Positions 1 through 8,098 of a DNA stretch of 24,000 nucleotides are shown here, one piece after another. Numbering within the stretch: position 1 is the stretch's first letter; every line of letters begins with the position of its first letter. A model generated the notes under the pieces. That model saw only the letters and a program-made list of their open reading frames with translations, searched no databases and was not told the DNA's origin. Made by a program: the position numbers and the translations under genes. The stretch is taken from positions 140,767 through 164,766 of the forward strand of contig NZ_VSSO01000005.1 in NCBI RefSeq assembly GCF_008312885.1, read 5' to 3'. Source of the DNA: Lolliginicoccus suaedae (GTDB taxonomy: Bacteria; Actinomycetota; Actinomycetes; Mycobacteriales; Mycobacteriaceae).

Positions 1-1700
1 ACGGGCTCACGGTCCGGTTCGGCGAGCAGGTCACCCGGGAGCTGCAGCAGCGCGGCGATCTCGGCTGGGTCCGCGTCGACCACGAGCAAGCACAGCAGGG
101 TGTCGAGGACGGCACCTACTACTTCGCCGTCGAGTTCCCCGAGGACTTCAGCGAGGCACTCGTCTCCGCCGCGGGGGACGACCCGCGCAAGGCCACGATC
201 AAGGTCACCTACAACGACGCCACCAACGCCATCGGCACCACCATCGCCCAGACCGCGATGGATCGCATCCTCAACGTCATGTCCGAGACCATCGGCGCCC
301 AGTCGGTCGATCAGGTGCTCGTCGGTCTCCAGACGGTGCGCGGCGGCCTCGTCGAGGCGGCCGACGGCAGCCAGCAGCTCGCCGACGGAACCAGCGAGCT
401 CCGCGACGGCGTGGCCGAGCTCGGCGAGGGCGCGCAGCTGCTCGCCACCAACCTCGTCACCGCCCGAGACGGAGCCACCGCGCTCGCGGACGGCACCGGA
501 CAGCTCTCCGCAGGCATCCAGCAGCTCACTGATGGGGTGCTCCCCCTCGCGGCAGGGCTCGACGACCTCCAGGACGGTGCCCAGCAGCTCGGCGACGGTG
601 CCGATCAGCTCAGCGGCGGGGTGAACCAGCTCGTCAGCCAGCTCGACGTGCTCGCCGAGAAGCAGGCGCACGTCACCGGCACCCTCGGCGAGGTCGCTAC
701 GCTCCTGCGTACCGTCCCCCACCCTGTCGCCCACGACGGAGCCGCCGAGCTCGACAGGATCCGCGACGAGATCAACCGGCAAGGATTCGGGCCCGAGTCG
801 CGCAGCCAGCTCCAGCAGCTCCGCGACGGCGCGCAGGAGATCAACAACGGTGCCGTCGAGCTTGCCGACGGACTGCGGCAGCTCGCCGACGGCGGCGGAG
901 AACTAGTCGGCGGAGTCGGCCAGCTCACCGACGGCACCAGCCGTCTCGACGAGGGCGCCAACCTCCTCGCCAGCGAGCTTGCCGCGGGCTCCCAGCAGAT
1001 CCCCGCCTGGAACGAGCAGGAACGCCTCGAGCACGCCGAAGTGATCGGCGGGCCTCTCGAGGTCAACCCCCGCCACGTCGCCTACGCCTCCACCTTCGGC
1101 ACCGGAATGGCCCCTTTCTTCATCTCGCTGGCCCTGTTCATCGGCGGATTCATCCTCTGGATGCTCATGCGGCCCCTCCAGACCCGGCCGCTCGCCGCCG
1201 GGCTCGGCGGGCTGCGCACCATCCTTGCGTCCTACTGGCCAGCGATGCTCGTCAGCGCCGCGCAGGCCATCGTTACTTTCCTCGTGGTGCGCTACGCCAT
1301 CGGCCTCGAGGCCGCCAACCCCGCGGGCCTGCTCGCGTTCCTGCTCCTCGTGGGATTCGCGTTCCTCGCGTTCATCCAGATGATCTTCGTGCTCCTCGGC
1401 TCCTCCACCGCGCGCGTCGCCGTGCTCGCCCTGCTGATGATCAACCTCGTCTCCGCCGGGGGCCTCTACCCGCCCGAGACGACCGGCCGACTGTTCGAGG
1501 CCATCCACCCCTACGTGCCGATGACCTACTCGGTGACCGGGCTGCGCCAGCTCATCATCGGCGGCGCGGACGGACGGCTCTGGCAATCAGTGATCGTGCT
1601 GGTGGGCATGCTCGTAGTCTCGATAGCGATCTCGGCCTTCGCCGCGCGGCGCCAGCAGGAATGGAGCATGAAGCGCCTGCACCCACCGATCCCGGCGTGA
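1..1700 (+). CDS. YhgE/Pip domain-containing membrane protein (5' end lies outside the window)
   Basis: The frame of ORF 258..1700 stays open back to base 3 (GLTVRFGEQV...GTYYFAVEFPEDFSEAL...), so the ATG at 258 is internal. The central part has coiled Q-Q-L-x-D-G repeats. The C-terminus has about five hydrophobic helices (ABC-2/YhgE-type permease tail). Stop TGA at 1698-1700. Confidence 0.8.
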   Translation, partial: GLTVRFGEQVTRELQQRGDLGWVRVDHEQAQQGVEDGTYYFAVEFPEDFSEALVSAAGDDPRKATIKVTYNDATNAIGTTIAQTAMDRILNVMSETIGAQSVDQVLVGLQTVRGGLVEAADGSQQLADGTSELRDGVAELGEGAQLLATNLVTARDGATALADGTGQLSAGIQQLTDGVLPLAAGLDDLQDGAQQLGDGADQLSGGVNQLVSQLDVLAEKQAHVTGTLGEVATLLRTVPHPVAHDGAAELDRIRDEINRQGFGPESRSQLQQLRDGAQEINNGAVELADGLRQLADGGGELVGGVGQLTDGTSRLDEGANLLASELAAGSQQIPAWNEQERLEHAEVIGGPLEVNPRHVAYASTFGTGMAPFFISLALFIGGFILWMLMRPLQTRPLAAGLGGLRTILASYWPAMLVSAAQAIVTFLVVRYAIGLEAANPAGLLAFLLLVGFAFLAFIQMIFVLLGSSTARVAVLALLMINLVSAGGLYPPETTGRLFEAIHPYVPMTYSVTGLRQLIIGGADGRLWQSVIVLVGMLVVSIAISAFAARRQQEWSMKRLHPPIPA

Positions 1701-1899
1701 TGCAGCGCTCGGCGGCGGTGGGGTGCGCGGCGGCAGCGTGATCCGCCGCCAAACGCGATAGAAGCTGCTCGACACGCCGGTGCAACACGCCGACTATCAG
1801 CGAGTTTCCGGTGCGTTTGCGGGACTTTGGCGCGGAGCACCCAGACCTTGCCAGCGCGCACCCGCCGGCGCACGCCCAGCGCGCGCCCCACCAACGGAA

Positions 1900-1934
1900 A
1901 GCGCCTCGCGGCTGCATAGCAACCGCGAGGCGCT
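1900..1934 (-). terminator. Stem-loop between convergent genes; likely intrinsic terminator of the VanW gene, possibly bidirectional
   Basis: Perfect 12-bp inverted repeat AGCGCCTCGCGG (1900-1911) / CCGCGAGGCGCT (1923-1934) with an 11-nt loop. It begins 19 nt past the VanW stop. On the minus strand it is followed by TTTCCGTTGG. Confidence 0.6.
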
Positions 1935-1952
1935 CGTCAATGCTCGGTGGAG

Positions 1953-3830
1953 CTAGCCCTCAGCGGGCGGAGCGGGCTCGGCCGGAGGCGCGGGCTCAGC
2001 AGGCGGAGCAGGCTCGGGGTCAGCAGGCTCGGGCTCCTCGGAGGGACGCTCGTCGCCCTCGCCCTCGTCTCCATCATCGCCATCCTCCGAGGGTGGTGGC
2101 GGCGGCGGGGGCGGTGCCTCGCAGACCACGACGGGCTGCGGCACGTACCGGACCGTGCGGGTCTCGCGGGAGATCTCCTCGCCCGACCCAGCATCGCGGA
2201 TGATGCGGGTGTCGCTGGTGGTGAATCCCTGGCCCCCGGAGCTCGGCTGGCAGTTGGGGCCCTCGCGGAGGGTGATCCGCGGCGGCGAGGTGTAGTCCCA
2301 CCGGCCACCGTTGACCGATTCGACCTCGACGGTCTTGGTGCCCCACATGCGCACCGTCACCGATGATGCATCACCGAACGACTGGATGAGCACGCCGGTG
2401 TCGTACTGGTTGCGGAACTGTAGGTCGATCGAGCCCTCGAAGACTGTCGCCTCGCGGCCCGCCGGGTACCGCGAGATGTAGTAGCTGTGCTCGGTGTGAT
2501 CGACATCCTCGAGCCCGGCGAAGTATGCGGCGTTGTACAGCGTGGTCGCGAACTGGCTGACACCGCCACCGACCGCGGTGGAGGGGCGGCCGCCGAGGAT
2601 GATGCCGGAATCGACGTAGCCCTGCGCGTAGCTGCGGGTGCCCGTGTGGTTGTTGAGGGAGAACGTCTCGCCCGGCTTGATGATCGCGCCGTTGGTCTCC
2701 TCCGCGGCCTGGCGGATATTGACGCCCGAGGCGGCGGCGAACCCGCCCGTGGTGAACTCGGCGATCACTTCGTTGATCCCCAGAGCTTCGGCGTCCGCCG
2801 TGGTGAACTCCGCCTGGGTGTCCTCGTAGACCGCATCCACGGTTCGTCCCTCGACGCGCTGCATCAGCTCGGGGAGGTCCGCGAGGGTGGCTTCCCAATC
2901 GACGGTGGTGCCCACCTGGTCCGGCACCACTTCGGGCCCATCGTCGCTGAGCCGTACCGTGGCCTCCACGGGGGGTACCTCGGTCTCGCGCAGTTGCGGG
3001 GCCAATGCCCGTCGCGCCGCATCGACGCTGTACTCGGGCTCGAGGCCACCGTCACCATCGGGCGTGAACGACACGACATCGCCCACCTCTTCCGGCGCCA
3101 GCACGGCCTCGGCGTCGTCCTTGCCCCGAACCACCAGGTTCGAGGACACCGCGGGCTGCGCGTACTCGGTCAGCGCCGCATCGAGGCCTTCCTCGGTGAC
3201 GGTGACTTCCTCGACCTGCACCGGCAGCTGGATGGGCTCGGGGAATAGCCACTGCTCCACGATCTTGGCGCGTGCCTCGTCGGCGGGCACGACAAGACCG
3301 TCGCGCGGCTGGATGAGCTGGGGCGCACCGTCGACGAAAACGATGTCGCCCTCGACGGCCTCCTCGTCGACGCTGGCCTTCACCTCATCAACGACGGCCC
3401 CGAGCCGGTCACCGTCGACGGTGCTGGCGAAACCGACCTCGCGGGTACGGAACAGGTCAACGAGCCGCGTCACCGGGTTCAGGGGCTGCCGGCTGGCCTG
3501 CTCGATGGTCGCGTCGAGATCGAGCGCGAGGCCCGCCTCCTGCGGCAGGATCGACGTCTCCACCTCGTCCGCGATCACCACGAACGATTCCTCGGCGCGG
3601 GGCAGGAGCTCGGTCTCGAGCCGCTGCCGCGCGTCCTCGGGGGACAACCCACCGATCTCGACGGCGGCCACGGTCACGTTGCGCGGCATCTTATCCCGCG
3701 ATACGAACCAATCCACCGCGTACGCCACCGCGCCGGCCAGGACCAGCACTATCAGCAAGCCCGCCACGACCACCAGCGGCCGTGCTCTTGAACTTCTGCG
3801 ATTCGCCACAGTCGCCTCCCAGCCGCGCAT
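1953..3830 (-). CDS. VanW/YoaR-like domain protein, N-terminally membrane-anchored, with a Pro/Glu/Asp-rich C-terminal tail
   Basis: 625-aa ORF. N-terminal anchor RPLVVVAGLLIVLVLAGAVAYAV. VanW-type core ...GYVDSGIILGGRPSTAVGGGVSQFATTLYNAAYFAGLEDVDHTEHSYYISRYPAGREATV... SD-like GGAG lies 5 nt before the ATG at 3830. The C-terminus reads PPPPPPPP...PAPPAEPAPPAEPAPPAEG. Confidence 0.85.
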   Translation of the reverse strand: MRGWEATVANRRSSRARPLVVVAGLLIVLVLAGAVAYAVDWFVSRDKMPRNVTVAAVEIGGLSPEDARQRLETELLPRAEESFVVIADEVETSILPQEAGLALDLDATIEQASRQPLNPVTRLVDLFRTREVGFASTVDGDRLGAVVDEVKASVDEEAVEGDIVFVDGAPQLIQPRDGLVVPADEARAKIVEQWLFPEPIQLPVQVEEVTVTEEGLDAALTEYAQPAVSSNLVVRGKDDAEAVLAPEEVGDVVSFTPDGDGGLEPEYSVDAARRALAPQLRETEVPPVEATVRLSDDGPEVVPDQVGTTVDWEATLADLPELMQRVEGRTVDAVYEDTQAEFTTADAEALGINEVIAEFTTGGFAAASGVNIRQAAEETNGAIIKPGETFSLNNHTGTRSYAQGYVDSGIILGGRPSTAVGGGVSQFATTLYNAAYFAGLEDVDHTEHSYYISRYPAGREATVFEGSIDLQFRNQYDTGVLIQSFGDASSVTVRMWGTKTVEVESVNGGRWDYTSPPRITLREGPNCQPSSGGQGFTTSDTRIIRDAGSGEEISRETRTVRYVPQPVVVCEAPPPPPPPPSEDGDDGDEGEGDERPSEEPEPADPEPAPPAEPAPPAEPAPPAEG

Positions 3831-3958
3831 GCGGCTCCGGTAACACGCTTCCTACTAGGTTATGCCCCGCGCGATCGTGTTCACGCGGCGGCATGATCAA
3901 AACCGATCCAGCCAGATCTCGCCGCCCGCTCGCCGTGCAGCGGGCCCATCCGCGCAGG

Positions 3959-4008
3959 AAGTCCCGCGCGGAACCCGGGTCGGGGTTTCGGGTCCACGCG
4001 CGGGACTT
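3959..4008. repeat. Long inverted repeat (hairpin) in the 388-bp gap between the thiolase and VanW genes
   Basis: AAGTCCCGCGCG (3959-3970) pairs perfectly with CGCGCGGGACTT (3997-4008). An inner ACCCG/CGGGT pairing extends the stem. Neither strand has a U-tract after it. Confidence 0.4.
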
Positions 4009-4087
4009 ACTTGCCGTATCGGCGTTGCCCCGCATGGTGTTACACGCATCACCCACCGCGAGCCGGACCAGCTTCGCAGGGACGCTG

Positions 4088-4128
4088 GAACGCGAAAGCC
4101 CCCGGGCCGCAACAACTGCCCGGGGGCT
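4088..4128 (-). terminator. Rho-independent terminator candidate downstream of fadA2
   Basis: 11-bp perfect stem AGCCCCCGGGC (4097-4107) / GCCCGGGGGCT (4118-4128) with a 10-nt loop. On the minus strand it is followed by TTCGCGTTCC (continuing the final stem T as TTTCG...). It lies about 90 nt after the fadA2 stop (4219-4221). Confidence 0.6.
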
Positions 4129-4218
4129 CCCGCAAGCTAGCAAGCAGGACCAGCTACGCCCCGCTACCGGCCAGATGCCGATGCGCGAGGCCTACCGAGG
4201 CCCGCCTATGCGCGAGAC

Positions 4219-5535
4219 CTACGCCTCGACGATGGCCACAGCGCCCATGCCGCCAGCGGCGCAGACCGACACGAGCGCGCGCCCACCACCGTTCTCGGCG
4301 AGCATCTTCGCGGTCGAGGCGATGATGCGGCCACCGGTCGCGGCGAACGGGTGCCCGGCCGCGAGCGAGGAGCCCTTGACATTGAGCTTGCTGCGGTCGA
4401 TCTTGCCGAGCGCGCTGTCGAGGCCGAGGCGCTCCTTGCAGTACTCCTCCGACTCGAAGGCCGCGAGGGTGCACAGCACGACGGAGGCAAATGCCTCGTG
4501 GATCTCGTAGAAGTCGAAGTCCTGCAGGGAGAGCCCGTTGCGCTTGAGCATCCGCGGGATCGCGTAGGTCGGCGCCATCAGCAGGCCATCAGGGCCGTGG
4601 ATGAAGTCGACGGCGGCGGTCTCGTAGTCCCGCAGGTACGCGAGGACGGGGATGTTGCGCTCGGTTGCCCACTCGTCGCTCGACAGCAGCACCGTGGAGG
4701 CACCGTCGGTGAGCGGGGTGGAGTTGCCGGCCGTCATGGTGGCGTCGCCGAGGGAGTTGCCGAACACCGGCTTGAGCTTGGCGAGCTTCTCCGCGCTGGA
4801 GTCGGGGCGCAGGTTGTCGTCCCGGGTCAGTCCGAGGTAGGGGGTGGTGAGGTCGTTGAAGAACCCGGCGTCCCATGCCTTGGCCATGTTCTGGTGCGAG
4901 GCCGCCGCGAGCTCGTCCTGGCCCTCGCGGGAGACGCCGAACTCCTTGGCGGTGATCGCGGCGTGCTCGCCCATCGACAGGCCGGTGCGCGGCTCGCCGT
5001 TGCTGGGGATGGCCGGCACGAGCTGGCTCGGGCGCAGGTTGCCGAGCAGCTTGATGCGGTCGCCGGTGGTCTTGGCGCGGTTGAGGTCGAGCAGCAGGCT
5101 GCGCAGCTCCTCGTTGACCGCGATGGGCGCGTCGGAGGTGGTGTCGCTGCCGCCGCCGATGCCGGACTCGGTGCGGCCGAGCGCGATCTGGTCCGCGACG
5201 ATGCTGATGGCGGTGAGGCCGGTGCCGCAGGCCTGCTGCACGTCGACCGCGGGGGTGTAGGGCGAGAGGGCGCTACCGAGCACGGACTCGCGGATGAGGT
5301 TGAAATCACGCGAGTGCTTGAGCACGGCGCCGCCGGCGACGAGGCCGAGCTGCTCGTTCTGCAGGCTGAACCGGCTCACGAGCCCGTCGAGCGCGGCAGT
5401 GAACATGTCCTGGTTGGAGGCCTTCGAGTAGGCCTTGTTGCTGCGCGCGAACGGGATGCGGTTGCCGCCGAGGATGGCTACCGGGCGGGTCTGCCGGCCC
5501 TCGGGGGCCTTGGCCGCGTTATTCGACGATGTCAC
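4219..5535 (-). CDS. fadA2: Acetyl-CoA C-acyltransferase (thiolase), FadA2-like
   Basis: Thiolase signatures: VQQACGTGLTAI (nucleophilic Cys), NVKGSSLAAGHPFAATGGRI, and VCAAGGMGAVAIVEA at the C-terminus. I prefer the GTG at 5535, which is preceded by GGAGA plus 6 nt. The ORF-track start at 5574 would lie upstream of the predicted promoter -10. The gene is divergent from fabG4-htdX, as in M. tuberculosis Rv0243/Rv0242c/Rv0241c (recollection). Confidence 0.9.
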   Translation of the reverse strand: MTSSNNAAKAPEGRQTRPVAILGGNRIPFARSNKAYSKASNQDMFTAALDGLVSRFSLQNEQLGLVAGGAVLKHSRDFNLIRESVLGSALSPYTPAVDVQQACGTGLTAISIVADQIALGRTESGIGGGSDTTSDAPIAVNEELRSLLLDLNRAKTTGDRIKLLGNLRPSQLVPAIPSNGEPRTGLSMGEHAAITAKEFGVSREGQDELAAASHQNMAKAWDAGFFNDLTTPYLGLTRDDNLRPDSSAEKLAKLKPVFGNSLGDATMTAGNSTPLTDGASTVLLSSDEWATERNIPVLAYLRDYETAAVDFIHGPDGLLMAPTYAIPRMLKRNGLSLQDFDFYEIHEAFASVVLCTLAAFESEEYCKERLGLDSALGKIDRSKLNVKGSSLAAGHPFAATGGRIIASTAKMLAENGGGRALVSVCAAGGMGAVAIVEA

Positions 5536-5576
5536 TGTCAGTCTCCAAACAATTCGGGAGTGTTGGACTACCACGT

Positions 5577-5606
5577 ATTCTTACTCACCGGTAAGTTAGT
5601 TGTCGA
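5577..5606 (-). promoter_or_regulatory. Promoter-like element facing fadA2 with an embedded TetR-type operator (second copy of the motif at 8716-8737)
   Basis: On the minus strand: TCGACA (5606-5601), an 18-nt spacer, then AAGAAT (5582-5577). The spacer holds CTTAC-N6-GTAAG (core 5580-5597, cttactcaccggtaagtt), which matches 16 of 18 positions of 8719-8736. On the plus strand TTGTCG (5600-5605) and TACATT (5624-5629), 18 nt apart, could form a divergent fabG4 promoter with an overlapping -35. Confidence 0.5.
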
Positions 5607-5767
5607 TACCGTGCACTCCGGCGTACATTCCGGGAGGATACAACGCGGCCGGGAGCAATGTGCGGATGTCGCCCATCCCGGCGGCGCGCCGCAGGTCAAT
5701 GACCGTGCGGTAGCGAACTGCGACAAGCGAAACTGCGACGAGTGATTACACTCACGAGAGGTGACCC

Positions 5768-7111
5768 GTGTCAGGCAAAAAGGGAAGCACTGATCTGTAC
5801 TCCACGCTGATCTCATCCGCCCCAGGCGCGTTCCTGGCGGGCAAGATGGGCCTGCCGCAGCCGGAGGAGCTGCGTCGCTACAAGGCTGGCGAGCCCGCGC
5901 TCCCCGGTCCCGTCATCGTTGGTGGCGAGGGCCGCCTGGTCGAGCCGATCCGCGATCTGCTGTCGGACTACGAGCTCGGCGACGAGAGCACCGAAAAGTT
6001 CGGTGGCCTGGTCTTCGACGCCACCGGCATCACCACCATCGAGGGGCTCAAGCAGCTCCACGACTTCTTCAACCCGCTCATGCGCAAGATGGCGCCCTGC
6101 GCCCGCGTCCTGATCATCGGCACCACTCCCGAGCTGGTGAAGAAGACCGACGAGCGCATCGCGCAGCGAGCCCTGGAGGGCTTCAGCCGCTCCATCGCCA
6201 AGGAGCTCCGCCGCGGCGCCACCGCGAACCTCCTGTACGTCTCCCCCAAGGCCAAGAACGACTTCACCGGGCTCGCCGCGCCGCTGCGCTTCTTCCTGTC
6301 CGCCAAGTCCGCCTATGTCGACGGCCAGGTCGTCCGCGTGGACGAGAAGACCGCCGAGGCTCCCGCTGACTGGGACAAGCCCCTCGACAGCAAGGTCGTC
6401 CTCGTCACCGGTGCGGCACGCGGCATCGGCGCGACCATCGCCGAGGTCATGGCCCGCGACGGCGCGAAGGTGATCGTGGCCGACGTGCCGCAGGCCGGCG
6501 ACGCCCTCTCCGAGGTCGCCAACAAGATCGGCGGCGTGGCCCTCGCCCTCGACGTCACCGCGAGCAACGCCGCTGAGAAGATCGCCGAGACCGCCCAGCG
6601 CTTCGGCGGCCTCGACATCGTCGTCCACAACGCCGGCATCACCCGCGACAAGATGCTCGCCAACATGGATGACGGCCGCTGGAACTCCGTGATGGCCGTC
6701 AACCTGATCGCGCCGAAGAACATCACCGAGGGCCTCGTAGCCAACGGTGGCCTCAAGGAAGGCGGCCGCGTGGTTGATGTCTCGTCCATCGCTGGCATCG
6801 CCGGCAACCGCGGCCAGACCAACTACGGTGCCTCCAAGGCCGGCGTGATCGGCATGGTCGACGCCGAGGCTCCCGAGCTCGGCAAGAAGTCCATCACCAT
6901 CAACGCGGTCGCCCCGGGCTTCATCGAGACCCAGATGACCGCCGCGATCCCGCTCGCCACCCGCGAGGTCGGCCGTCGCCTCAACTCGCTGCTCCAGGGC
7001 GGCCAGACCGTGGACGTCGCCGAGACGATCGCGTTCTTCGCCAGCCCCGCGTCCAGCGCGGTCACCGGCAACACCGTCCGCGTGTGCGGCCAGAGCCTGC
7101 TGGGTGCCTGA
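5768..7111 (+). CDS. fabG4: High-molecular-weight 3-oxoacyl-(ACP/CoA) reductase, FabG4-like (two-domain SDR)
   Basis: 447 aa. The N-terminal extra domain contains ...[44 protein letters not shown]... The C-terminal SDR has [15 protein letters not shown] (TGxxxGxG) and NYGASKAG (YxxxK). GTG at 5768 is preceded by GAGAGG plus 6 nt. Confidence 0.9.
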   Translation: MSGKKGSTDLYSTLISSAPGAFLAGKMGLPQPEELRRYKAGEPALPGPVIVGGEGRLVEPIRDLLSDYELGDESTEKFGGLVFDATGITTIEGLKQLHDFFNPLMRKMAPCARVLIIGTTPELVKKTDERIAQRALEGFSRSIAKELRRGATANLLYVSPKAKNDFTGLAAPLRFFLSAKSAYVDGQVVRVDEKTAEAPADWDKPLDSKVVLVTGAARGIGATIAEVMARDGAKVIVADVPQAGDALSEVANKIGGVALALDVTASNAAEKIAETAQRFGGLDIVVHNAGITRDKMLANMDDGRWNSVMAVNLIAPKNITEGLVANGGLKEGGRVVDVSSIAGIAGNRGQTNYGASKAGVIGMVDAEAPELGKKSITINAVAPGFIETQMTAAIPLATREVGRRLNSLLQGGQTVDVAETIAFFASPASSAVTGNTVRVCGQSLLGA

Positions 7112-7992
7112 TGGGCAAGCCAACCAACATCGAGGTACTCGACAAGCAGAGCATGCTGGGCAACTACGCCAAGGCCGTGGCAGGCATGCTGCCCCTGCCG
7201 GGCGCCAAGGCAACCAGCCTGCCCGACCGTGTGCTGCGCATCGAGAACGTCCGCATCGACGTCGATAACCTCGCGGACTACAACCACGTGTGCGGGCTGC
7301 GCCTGCGCGACACCGTGCCGGTGACGTACCCGTTCGTGCTCAGCTTCCCCGCGGTGATGAGCCTGCTCGTGGCCAAGGACTTCCCGCTGCCCGCCATGGG
7401 CATGGTGCACATGTCCAACAGCATCGAGCAGATCAAGCCCATCTCCGTCGGCGACGTGCTCACCATCGACGTGCACGCTGCTGACCTCCGGGAGCACCGG
7501 TCCGGCCTGCTCGTCGACCTGATCACAGAGATCACCGTCGAGGGCGAGCTGGTGTGGCGGCAGGCAAGCACGTTCCTGCGCAAGCAGCGGACCAGCCTGA
7601 GCGATGAGCCGCGGCCGGAGCGCACCGATACCGCCCCGGGCGCTGATGGTCGCGTCGCCAACACCACCACCAAGGTGACCCCGGCGCTGATCTCCCAGTA
7701 CGCGGATGTCTCCGGCGATCGCAACCCCATCCACATCTCGAAGGTCGGCGCGAAGGCATTCGGCTTCCCGTCGGTCATCGCGCACGGCATGTGGAGCTCG
7801 GCCGCGGTGCTCGGCATCATCGAGGGCCGCATCCCCGACGCGGTGGACTACACCGTCGAGTTCGGCAAGCCAGTGGTGCTCCCCGCCAAGGTGAAGGTCT
7901 ACGCGGACAAGTCCGCGAATGGCTGGGACCTCGCGCTGCGGCACCCGAAGAAGGGCTACACGCACCTCACCGCGAAGGTGACCGCGCGGTAG
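7111..7992 (+). CDS. htdX: MaoC-like (R)-specific enoyl-CoA hydratase / 3-hydroxyacyl-thioester dehydratase, HtdX-like
   Basis: Hydratase-2 motif YADVSGDRNPIHISKVGA. Double hot-dog size (293 aa). The ATG at 7111 overlaps the fabG4 stop (ATGA), which implies translational coupling. Confidence 0.85.
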   Translation: MGKPTNIEVLDKQSMLGNYAKAVAGMLPLPGAKATSLPDRVLRIENVRIDVDNLADYNHVCGLRLRDTVPVTYPFVLSFPAVMSLLVAKDFPLPAMGMVHMSNSIEQIKPISVGDVLTIDVHAADLREHRSGLLVDLITEITVEGELVWRQASTFLRKQRTSLSDEPRPERTDTAPGADGRVANTTTKVTPALISQYADVSGDRNPIHISKVGAKAFGFPSVIAHGMWSSAAVLGIIEGRIPDAVDYTVEFGKPVVLPAKVKVYADKSANGWDLALRHPKKGYTHLTAKVTAR

Positions 7993-8011
7993 CAGCGCTC
8001 CGAGCAAGACT

Positions 8012-8050
8012 CCAGCCCCAGGGGATCTCCCCTGGGGCTGGTTGCGTTTT
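8012..8050 (+). terminator. Rho-independent terminator of fabG4-htdX
   Basis: Near-perfect 30-nt palindrome CCAGCCCCAGGGGATCTCCCCTGGGGCTGG (8012-8041; 14 of 15 pairings), followed by TTGCGTTTT. It starts 20 nt after the htdX stop, between convergent genes. Confidence 0.8.
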
Positions 8051-8098
8051 GCGAGGCGCCTCCAGCGCGCCGCGCGGCAGGAACCGCAGCAGGACGCG

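Noticed and set aside
100-624. 174-aa Ser/Pro/Thr/Arg-rich ORF in an alternative frame of the YhgE/Pip gene
   Set aside because: It is out of frame with a gene whose reading frame is open from the window edge and carries family motifs. The composition is typical of an off-frame GC-rich translation.
3940-4020. Possible c-di-AMP (ydaO-type) riboswitch upstream of the cell-wall-related VanW gene
   Set aside because: The minus strand reads GGACCCGAAACCCCGACCCGG, which loosely recalls the ACCCGAACCCG segment of that riboswitch class. However, I could not find the other conserved blocks (GGGGUGAAUCC-type, CAGCUAACC-type) or the pseudo-two-fold architecture. A covariance-model scan is needed before any such claim.
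3862-4143. ORFs of 72-150 aa in the thiolase-VanW intergenic gap (3862-4140 plus strand, 3897-4115 minus strand, 3691-4143 minus strand)
   Set aside because: They have no SD and an Arg/Pro/Gly-rich composition. They overlap strong hairpins, and one runs into the VanW start in another frame. The region is more likely non-coding and structured.
5813-7213. 466-aa ORF antisense to fabG4
   Set aside because: It lies fully opposite a gene with clear SDR motifs. The translation is Ala/Gly/Arg/Asp-rich with no recognisable domain. This is the expected stop-codon-poor antisense frame in DNA of about 70% GC.
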